In this document: piece by piece, positions 47,619 through 54,452 of the stretch | How positions within the stretch are numbered: position 1 is the stretch's first letter | How the letters are laid out: each line of letters begins with the position of its first letter | Program-made: the position numbers and the translations under genes | The notes under the pieces: generated by a model | Told to the model about the DNA's origin: nothing | Seen by the model: only the letters and a program-made list of their open reading frames with translations | The model's database searches: none | Source of the DNA: Chlamydiota bacterium | GTDB taxonomy: Bacteria; Auribacterota; Tritonobacteria; UBA1439 | Assembly (NCBI GenBank): GCA_037133055.1 | Contig: JBAXOY010000004.1 | Location: forward strand, 1 to 54,452 | DNA: 54,452 nt | Direction: 5' to 3'

Positions 47619-48668
47619 TTATCTATCCGGACAGGCTCCCAGCCGCAGAAGCGGCGCTACAACCCGGCGGAGCTTTCTCGCATATACTTCGTTGCATCGC
47701 GCGGATGGATGGCCATCCCATTGATTCACCGCGGTTTCCTCACGCAAGAGCTCGCTCGCGAACTCCTTTTCAAAGTTTACCGTGACAAAACCGGCCGCCC
47801 CGGCCGCCTTCTCAGCCTGGTGGTAGCAGCGGAGATAGCGCCACACGGCGGCATCGGGATTGCCGTAGGCGGTTGCCCCCGTGGCGCTCGATCCCTGGTT
47901 GAGAATCGCAAAAACAGGGGGCGGCAGCATCCTATCGTCGGACATCTTTTTTATGTCCCGCAGCGCCTTTACAAAATTCTTCCACTCCCTGGAATCCGTC
48001 GCGTAGGTCCTCCAAAGAGCCTCCATCCCATCCGGGATGCACCCTGTTCTCTCGAGCAGCGTGGATACCCTCCGAAGAAGGGCCTCAGACACCCGCGTCA
48101 ACCCGGCCTTTCTCAACCCGGCAATCTGCGCGAAAAGCCAGGCGTACCGGGCCCTCTCCGTGGAATAGTTCTCGCTCCTGGGCTGAGTGTCGTTCAGGCA
48201 AAAGCCCACGATGATCAGATCCGGCCTCACTCGATCGATGTAGTTCCTGAGGATATCTCTTTCCAACACCGTCGGGCCGCCTACTGCCCCGAAGTTTAAC
48301 ACCTCCACGCGCTTTTCAGGATAGGATTCCGCCAGGCGGCGTTCGAGCAAATTCGTATAGCGTTCGCCCTCGGCGAGGCCGACGCCCCAGGTCAATGAGT
48401 CACCCAGCACCATTATCCTGAGGGCCTGCGCCGGTTTTGCGGCCGCGAACTCCCTCTCACGGAAACCAAATCGGTTGTTGACCACCCTGTGCCCCCATGT
48501 AATGGCACGACCGTCATTGGATGGCCGTTTCCCCGATTCAATCCTGAGCCCCGCCTCGAACACCGCTGCCACCACGGCGATGAGCACGAGATTCGCCGCG
48601 AGGATGACGGCGACTTTCCTCATCGTCTTCCATCGCAACATGCCGACAGTCCCCGGAAGATTATTCAT
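47619..48668 (-). CDS. SGNH/GDSL hydrolase with N-terminal membrane anchor
   Basis: LGDSLTWG, NFG..G, FCLND, DGHP. Start may be the internal M at 48623. Confidence 0.88.
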   Translation of the reverse strand: MNNLPGTVGMLRWKTMRKVAVILAANLVLIAVVAAVFEAGLRIESGKRPSNDGRAITWGHRVVNNRFGFREREFAAAKPAQALRIMVLGDSLTWGVGLAEGERYTNLLERRLAESYPEKRVEVLNFGAVGGPTVLERDILRNYIDRVRPDLIIVGFCLNDTQPRSENYSTERARYAWLFAQIAGLRKAGLTRVSEALLRRVSTLLERTGCIPDGMEALWRTYATDSREWKNFVKALRDIKKMSDDRMLPPPVFAILNQGSSATGATAYGNPDAAVWRYLRCYHQAEKAAGAAGFVTVNFEKEFASELLREETAVNQWDGHPSARCNEVYARKLRRVVAPLLRLGACPDR

Positions 48669-48800
48669 GGATCATGTTTCCCCGCGCACCCGCTATTTCC
48701 CATGCGCACATTCCGGTTCCGCACGGGACGGGCAGGCCGCGTTCGAGGGGACAACGGTAATTCCAGATTCAGCATGCGTCCGCACGGCATTGGGTCTCAC

Positions 48801-50075
48801 TTATGGGAATCTCAGACCCTTTTCCCCTCTCCCCCCTTGAGGGGGAGGGCCGGGGTTGGGGGGAAAAGCATCCACCGTGAGTGACCCTTTACTTCCCGCG
48901 CAACAATATATTCCGGACAGGAGGCGGCCGTAGAGGTTTTCCACGTCGCGGATGAGGCGTTCCTCGGTGAAGCGGCCGAGAACGATCCTACGCCCCTCCT
49001 CCCCCATCGCCGCGGCCCGGGCAGGGTCGTCCAGAATTCGGAGGATCAGCGACGCGATCTCCGCCGGGTCTCGCCCCGCGGCGAGAAACCCGCTTACCCC
49101 GACGCGCACGACGTCGGCGACTCCCCCGACCGCCGTCGAGACGACGGGGCGCCCCGCGGCTGCCGCCTCGATGAGGCAGACCGGCGTCCCCTCGTTGATC
49201 GAGGTGAGCACAACCACGTCCGCGTCCGCGTACACCCGATCGAGATCGCCGCGCCAGCCGGTGAACCGCACCGAGCTGCCGAGGCCAAGGGCGCGCGCCT
49301 CCTGCTCGATCTCCGCCCGCCGCGGGCCATCCCCGACGACGAGAAACACCGCGTGCGGCTTCGCCTCGCGCACGCGGAGGGCCGCGGCGAGAAAGAGGGG
49401 GTGGTCCTTGATGCCGGTGAGCCTGCCCACCATCGCGATGAGGGGATCGCCGGGGCCGATCCCGAGCTCCCGGCGTAGCTCTCCGCGAAGCGAGGCGCTC
49501 TTTTCAAAGCGCGCGAGATCGAACCCGAGGGGGATTACCTCGTACTGCTCCGCCCGGCCTATGCGGTACTTCCCGACGAGCTCCTCTTTCTGGGACCCGG
49601 TCAGGGCGATGATCCTGTCCGTGCCGCGCGCGAGCCACCGCTCGATGGCGAGGAAGATTCGCGTGCGCTTCGGGGTGAAGTAGCCGCTGAAAACGTGCCC
49701 GTGAAACGTGTGGACAGTCTTCGCGCCCGGGAAAGCCCTCGCGGCGAGCCGCCCCAGCATCCCGGCCTTGGCGAGGTGGGTGTGGATGATGTCGGGCCGC
49801 TCCCGACGGACGATGTGGAGGATGCGGGCGAGGCTCGCGGCGTCGGCCCACGGGGCGAGCTCCCGCTGCATCGAGGGGACCTCGACCACCCGTATCCCGC
49901 ACTCCCGCGCCTGCGGGGTCATGTCGCCCTCCCCGGGGCCCGGGCGGCCGCAGACGAGTGCGGTGTCGAACTTCCCGGACGGAAGGCCGGCGCTCAGGGC
50001 GATGGCATTGAGCGAGGGCCCACCGATATTCAGGCGTGTGATAATCCGGAGGACCTTCGCGGGGCGGGCGCTCAC
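48801..50075 (-). CDS. Glycosyltransferase family 4 with repeat-derived C-terminal extension
   Basis: ITRLNIGGP, HTH.AKAG, HTFHGH, S.NEGTP..LIEA; GTG coupled to the asnB stop. Confidence 0.92.
   Translation of the reverse strand: MSARPAKVLRIITRLNIGGPSLNAIALSAGLPSGKFDTALVCGRPGPGEGDMTPQARECGIRVVEVPSMQRELAPWADAASLARILHIVRRERPDIIHTHLAKAGMLGRLAARAFPGAKTVHTFHGHVFSGYFTPKRTRIFLAIERWLARGTDRIIALTGSQKEELVGKYRIGRAEQYEVIPLGFDLARFEKSASLRGELRRELGIGPGDPLIAMVGRLTGIKDHPLFLAAALRVREAKPHAVFLVVGDGPRRAEIEQEARALGLGSSVRFTGWRGDLDRVYADADVVVLTSINEGTPVCLIEAAAAGRPVVSTAVGGVADVVRVGVSGFLAAGRDPAEIASLILRILDDPARAAAMGEEGRRIVLGRFTEERLIRDVENLYGRLLSGIYCCAGSKGSLTVDAFPPNPGPPPQGGRGEKGLRFP
48820..48863 (-). repeat. REP-like palindromic repeat, copy 6 (within the GT4 3' end)
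   Basis: Minus strand CCCCCCAACCCCGGCCCTCCCCCTCAAGGGGGGAGAGGGGAAAA. Confidence 0.8.
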
Positions 50076-51961
50076 GGCACCGCCCCCGCGTCGATGAACT
50101 CGCGATGCCACAGCTCAAGCGCAAGGAGCGCCCAGAGGCGATAGGTGTGGTCGCGGGCCCCGCCCTGGTGCTCCTCGACGAGCCGGCGCACGCGCGAAGG
50201 GTCGAAGTAGCCGCGCCCGAGCGAGGACGGATCGAGGAGCACGCCGCGGAGATAGTCCTTCAATTCCCCGCGAAACCAGCGGCTGATCGGGACCGCGAAT
50301 CCCCGCTTCGGCCGCCGGAGAATCTCCGGAGGGATCAGGTCGGCGAACGTCTCCTTGAGGATGTGCTTCCCCTCGCGTCCCTTGAGCTTCCACCGTGAGG
50401 GAAGCGCCGCGACGAACTCGACGACGCGATGGTCGAGGAAGGGAGACCGCGCCTCGAGTGAAACGGCCATTGTGGCGATGTCGACCTTGACCAGCAGGTC
50501 CTCCGGGAGATAGCTGTGGAGGTCCGTGAAGAGGAGGCGGGCGATCTCGTCGTCCATGCGGCAGGCTTCGTAGAGACGGCGGATATAACCGGGGGCGTCC
50601 CATCCGATGCTCTGCGCCCGCATCTCTGGAGAATACAGTATTTTTCGCTCTTCGTTCCCGAAATAGGCGACATAGCTCAGGTACCGCGCGGGCCCCCCGA
50701 GCCCGACCGATTCGGCGAAACGCCTGACCCTGTGGAGGGAGCTGTCGCGCGGGACGCGGGCGAGGAGCCTGCTCAAAAGCCGCCCCTGGAGCTTCGCGGC
50801 GGGGATCTTTCCCCACCTGCCGGCGAGGGTATAGGCCAGATACCGGTCGTACCCGGCGAAAAGCTCGTCGCCCGCGTCGCCGTTCAGAGCCACCGTCACG
50901 TACTGGCGGCTGATCTCCGCGACGTGGTAGGTCGGCAGCGCCGAGGAGTCCGCGAACGGTTCGCCGTAGTGTCGGACGAGCTTCGGGAGGAGATCGATCG
51001 CATTGGGCTTCACGATGAACTCGTGGTGGTCCGTCGAATACCGCTTCGCGATCATCCGCGCGTAGGGGAGCTCGTTGTAGGTCTGGTCCTCGAACCCGAT
51101 CGAGAAGGTTTTGACCGGGCGGTCGCTCAGGCCGCTCATCAGGGCGACCACGATGCTCGAGTCGATCCCTCCGCTTAAGAACGCCCCGAGCGGCACGTCG
51201 CTCACGAGCCGGAGCCGCGTGGCCTCGGTCATAAGCTCGCAAAGGCGCTCGCGCGCCTCCCCGAAGGAAATATCCGCGGGCCGCTCCGGATTCACTTCCC
51301 AGTACCGCTCTATTGCGACCTTGCCGTTCTCGAGGATAAGGTAGTGCGCCGGGAGGAGCTTCCGCATCCCCTCGAAGATGGCGAGGGGGGCGGGGACATA
51401 CTGGTATGTCAGATAGAGGTCGAGGGCACTGAGATCCACACGCCGCTCGACGCCGGGGTGGCGCAGGATCGGCTCGGGACCGGAGGCGAAGATGAAGTCA
51501 CCGCCCTCGAAACGGTAGAAGAACGGCTTGACGCCGAGGCGGTCCCTCGCGCAGAAGAGCCGCCGGTTCCGCCCGTCCCAGAGCGCGAAGGAGAACATCC
51601 CGCGGAGTCTCTCCAGGCATTCCGTGCCGAGCTCCTCGTAGAGGTGGAGGATTACCTCGGTGTCGCAGCGGGTCCGAAATCGGTGCCCCCGCGTCGCGAG
51701 GCCGGCGGCAAGCTCCTGAAAATTATAGATCTCGCCGTTGAAGACCAGCCAGAGAGTGCCGTCCTCGTTCGTCATCGGCTGGACGCCGGCTTCGACATCG
51801 ATGATGCTCAAGCGACGGTGACCGAACCCCACGGGCCCGTCGAGGTGGTAGCCCTCGCCGTCGGGCCCCCGGTGCGTCATGAGACGAGTCATCGCCTCGA
51901 GTGTTGCCCGGTCCACGGTCCTCGCCCGGTCACCGTACACGATTCCGCATATTCCGCACAC
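50072..51961 (-). CDS. asnB: Asparagine synthase (glutamine-hydrolysing)-family amidotransferase
   Basis: (M)CGICG, HRGPD, FNGEIYN, LSGGIDSS, DELFAGY, R.K.GF..P. Confidence 0.95.
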   Translation of the reverse strand: MCGICGIVYGDRARTVDRATLEAMTRLMTHRGPDGEGYHLDGPVGFGHRRLSIIDVEAGVQPMTNEDGTLWLVFNGEIYNFQELAAGLATRGHRFRTRCDTEVILHLYEELGTECLERLRGMFSFALWDGRNRRLFCARDRLGVKPFFYRFEGGDFIFASGPEPILRHPGVERRVDLSALDLYLTYQYVPAPLAIFEGMRKLLPAHYLILENGKVAIERYWEVNPERPADISFGEARERLCELMTEATRLRLVSDVPLGAFLSGGIDSSIVVALMSGLSDRPVKTFSIGFEDQTYNELPYARMIAKRYSTDHHEFIVKPNAIDLLPKLVRHYGEPFADSSALPTYHVAEISRQYVTVALNGDAGDELFAGYDRYLAYTLAGRWGKIPAAKLQGRLLSRLLARVPRDSSLHRVRRFAESVGLGGPARYLSYVAYFGNEERKILYSPEMRAQSIGWDAPGYIRRLYEACRMDDEIARLLFTDLHSYLPEDLLVKVDIATMAVSLEARSPFLDHRVVEFVAALPSRWKLKGREGKHILKETFADLIPPEILRRPKRGFAVPISRWFRGELKDYLRGVLLDPSSLGRGYFDPSRVRRLVEEHQGGARDHTYRLWALLALELWHREFIDAGAVP

Positions 51962-52016
51962 GTCTCGCGTCCCCCGTCTCACCTCTTACGGCTTACAGCT
52001 TACGGCTTACAGCTTC
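51961..52016. repeat. 7-nt periodic degenerate tandem tract
   Basis: cgtctcg cgtcccc cgtctca cctctta cggctta cagctta cggctta cagcttc. Confidence 0.75.
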
Positions 52017-53176
52017 CTTGCCAGCAGTCCCTCGTACAGATCCTCGTGCGCGCGCACCATGCGCTCGACAGTGAAATCCCGCCGCACGCGGTCAAGGCCC
52101 CGGCGCCCCATCTCCCCCGCCCCGGCCGGGTCCTCCAAGAGGCGTATAAGCGCCCGTGCCATCGCCCCCGGGTCCCTCGGGGGGACAAGGAGACCGGTCT
52201 TCCCCTCCTCCACCGCCTCCGGGACCCCCCCGACCCGGGTCGCGACCACCGGCTTCGCGCGCGCCATCGCCTCGAGGACAACGTTCGGGAACCCCTCCTC
52301 GTGCGAGGCGAGGGCGACGACATCCGAGAGCGCGATGACGTCCCCGCTGTCCGCGCGGGACCCGAGAAGGACCACGCGCCCGTGGAGATCCGGCGCGGAG
52401 GCCCGCTTTTCGATTCCGGCCCGCAGTTTCCCGTCCCCGACGAGGACAAACTGCGCCGCCGGGACCTTCCGCGCAACCTCAGCGGCGGCATCGAGAAATT
52501 CGAGATGCCCCTTGTAGGGGAAGAAGTTCGCGACGAGACATACCACCGGCCCGCGAATATCCGTTCCGGCGATTTCGCTCCACCCGGCGCGGGCCGGGGC
52601 CTCGGGGATCCGCACGCCATTGTAGATGAGGCGAAGGCGCCCGGGGGAGATACGCTCGCGTGCGAGGGTGTCCACCCTCACCGCTTCGGAGTTCGCGACG
52701 GCGGCGTCCGTCCAGCGGTTCACGAGATTTTCAAGGAATCGGAGGAGTGGCCGACCCTCCTTGTAGCACCCAAGGCTCCTCCTTCCCGTCACGAGGATCG
52801 GCACGCGGACGAGGCGGACGGCGAGCCCCGCCATCACACAGGCCATCGGGAGCACGCCGTGCACAATGTGAGGCTTGAATGATCCCATCAGGCGCGCGAG
52901 GGTGCATACTTCTCTCCGCATCTGCCGTACACATCGAATTTTTCGGGAATAATCAAGCGGGGGCGAATGATAGACCGTCCAGGGAATCTGCCGTTCCGTG
53001 AGTTGCTGGAGCAGGGGGCCCGCCCCCTTCATGCAACACACGTGCGGTTCGAACTTGCGGGCATCGAGGCTGCACACAAGTTCCAGGAGCTGGCGCTCGG
53101 CGCCGCCGTATTCCATCGAGAGGGTCACATAGAGCAGGCGTGCCCGGGATGTCACACCCGCCCGCGCAATTTCCAT
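52007..53176 (-). CDS. Glycosyltransferase family 4
   Basis: GGAERQ, ANSEAV, IYNGV, KG, EGFPNVVLEAMA. Confidence 0.93.
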   Translation of the reverse strand: MEIARAGVTSRARLLYVTLSMEYGGAERQLLELVCSLDARKFEPHVCCMKGAGPLLQQLTERQIPWTVYHSPPLDYSRKIRCVRQMRREVCTLARLMGSFKPHIVHGVLPMACVMAGLAVRLVRVPILVTGRRSLGCYKEGRPLLRFLENLVNRWTDAAVANSEAVRVDTLARERISPGRLRLIYNGVRIPEAPARAGWSEIAGTDIRGPVVCLVANFFPYKGHLEFLDAAAEVARKVPAAQFVLVGDGKLRAGIEKRASAPDLHGRVVLLGSRADSGDVIALSDVVALASHEEGFPNVVLEAMARAKPVVATRVGGVPEAVEEGKTGLLVPPRDPGAMARALIRLLEDPAGAGEMGRRGLDRVRRDFTVERMVRAHEDLYEGLLARKL

Positions 53177-53982
53177 GCCGGCCCTTTCCGGAACAGAAAC
53201 CAGTTATTCCCGATACTCTTGTCTCTTTTGAGATTCACAAGCTCGAAATCGGGGAAACGCATCCGAATGTTCTCGCACACTTCCTCGACGGTGGCATATT
53301 CGTAGGGAAGGCCGCCGAGCCAATCCGAGACATCGATTCTCCAGCTCATCCCCCTGTGGGATGTATACCCCCGGATTTCTTTCAGGGGATTCCTCGCCGT
53401 GGCAAGGCGGGATGCCATGAAGCACCCCATATACGACAGATCCATGAGATATTTGCCCGCGCGCGGCATCCTGTTGTACAGCCTTTTAACCCCCCGCCAA
53501 AATTCCGAGCCGTACAGTCCATCCTTTTTGTTGTACAGTGCGAGGTACAGATACCCGCCTTCCGCAACGCACATCCCGGCGTTTCCGAGCGCGCGCCACA
53601 TTGCGCCTGTATGATGGAGAACCCCCCACGAGTATACGATATCGAATGTGCCCCGCCACGACGAGGGGATGTCATCCAACACCGAGCCTTCCCGAACTTC
53701 CCAGTGCGGCGGGTTGCCCGCCTTCTCGCGCAGAAAGAGGCAGCAGTGTACCGAGAAAGGGTCGACATCGACACTCACGATCCTCGCAGCGCCGAGGGTA
53801 TACGCCGCATACGAGAAGAGCCCGCTGCCGCAGCCGATATCGATGAAACTCAGGCCGCGCAGATCCCGCACTCCCAGGAACTCCGTGAGCGATCGCTCCG
53901 CGCTCCTTACCCTCTCCTCGTCGAAGGATTTCAGAAACCGCTGCCAGTTCTTCCCGAACGAAAAGGGTTTCCGTGCATTCAC
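53152..53982 (-). CDS. Class I SAM-dependent methyltransferase
   Basis: FSFGKNW, IDIGCGSGL, FDIVYSWGVLHHTG, DWLGG.PYE. Start uncertain (GTG 53982). Confidence 0.9.
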   Translation of the reverse strand: MNARKPFSFGKNWQRFLKSFDEERVRSAERSLTEFLGVRDLRGLSFIDIGCGSGLFSYAAYTLGAARIVSVDVDPFSVHCCLFLREKAGNPPHWEVREGSVLDDIPSSWRGTFDIVYSWGVLHHTGAMWRALGNAGMCVAEGGYLYLALYNKKDGLYGSEFWRGVKRLYNRMPRAGKYLMDLSYMGCFMASRLATARNPLKEIRGYTSHRGMSWRIDVSDWLGGLPYEYATVEEVCENIRMRFPDFELVNLKRDKSIGNNWFLFRKGPAWKLRGRV

Positions 53983-54143
53983 CGGCGAGTCTCCCGGGGC
54001 TTCCGGACGGCATGGGCTCCGCGCGGGCGCGGGGTCCGCGGCAGGGACCGGGGTGCGGACAACGCGTCCGAAGGACCGCCGCCCGTCCGCGGGCACGGGG
54101 ACCCGGCGCGCGCGGATGCAGGCGGGGGGCCGAGCACCCTGCC

Positions 54144-54317
54144 CTATGCGGCCCCGCCTTCAGGCATCTCCGCCTCGTCGATGAGCATGATGGGGATGCC
54201 GTCCCGTATCGGGTACCGCCGGCCGCACTTCCCGCAGACGATCCTCTCCCCATCGAGCTTCACCTCCGCCTTGCAGGCGGGGCACGCGAGTATCTCCAGC
54301 AGCTCCTTGTCGATCAT
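54144..54317 (-). CDS. Trm112-family (YcaR-like) zinc-binding protein, 57 aa
   Basis: Below the ORF-track cutoff: MIDKELLEILACPACK...VCGKCGRRYPIRDGIPIMLIDEA; strong AAGGAGG RBS. Confidence 0.93.
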   Translation of the reverse strand: MIDKELLEILACPACKAEVKLDGERIVCGKCGRRYPIRDGIPIMLIDEAEMPEGGAA

Positions 54318-54339
54318 CGTTTCCTCCTTTTCACCAGAT

Positions 54340-54375
54340 GTTCAAACAGTTCAACCGGTTCAAACGGTTCAAGCC
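54340..54375. repeat. 9-bp degenerate tandem repeat GTTCAAnnn x4
   Basis: gttcaaaca gttcaaccg gttcaaacg gttcaagcc. Confidence 0.75.
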
Positions 54376-54452
54376 GCAAGACGTTTTTCCCCCGTGCCGC
54401 CAGCTTTCAATCTTGGACTTTCAGCTTTGGGCTGTTGTCCCATCCGCGGCAA

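Overview
GC-rich bacterial chromosomal window; the taxon cannot be determined from sequence alone. Almost all real genes are on the minus strand, in two long co-directional blocks. Block 1 (18028->1): gatC-gatA-gatB-accD-folC-nagA-glmS-sensor kinase-sigma54 response regulator, then two paralogous AlkP-superfamily enzymes, a tiny RHH-like protein ending in LRGLGY, a DUF106/Oxa1-like membrane protein and cysD (cut by the window edge). Middle (18.1-25.8 kb): a transglutaminase-like exported protein behind tandem sigma54-type motifs, an M28 peptidase, a prenyltransferase-repeat-like protein, and an accessory islet with AT-richer segments (Y1/RAYT-like transposase, VOC protein, ORF6N fragment, hipBA-like module) ending 3 bp from tRNA-Gly(CCC). 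Block 2 (54317->25948): a Trm112-like protein followed by a glycan locus (4 SAM methyltransferases, 3 GT4, AsnB, SGNH, deacetylase, Wzx, truncated GT2, ArnT-like, WecB, WecA, ligase-TPR), then aroQ-Xaa-Pro peptidase-accB-accC-amaP-pfk-gmhA-rfaE2-thiE-thiC-pfkB. A GC-rich palindromic repeat family occurs six times, including in-frame inside thiE, and 7-nt and 9-nt periodic tracts fill several spacers. The best candidate for an undescribed system is the cysD/AlkP-pair/LGY-peptide/DUF106 module; the second is Trm112 plus four glycan methyltransferases. All calls come from motif recognition by eye; no searches were run.
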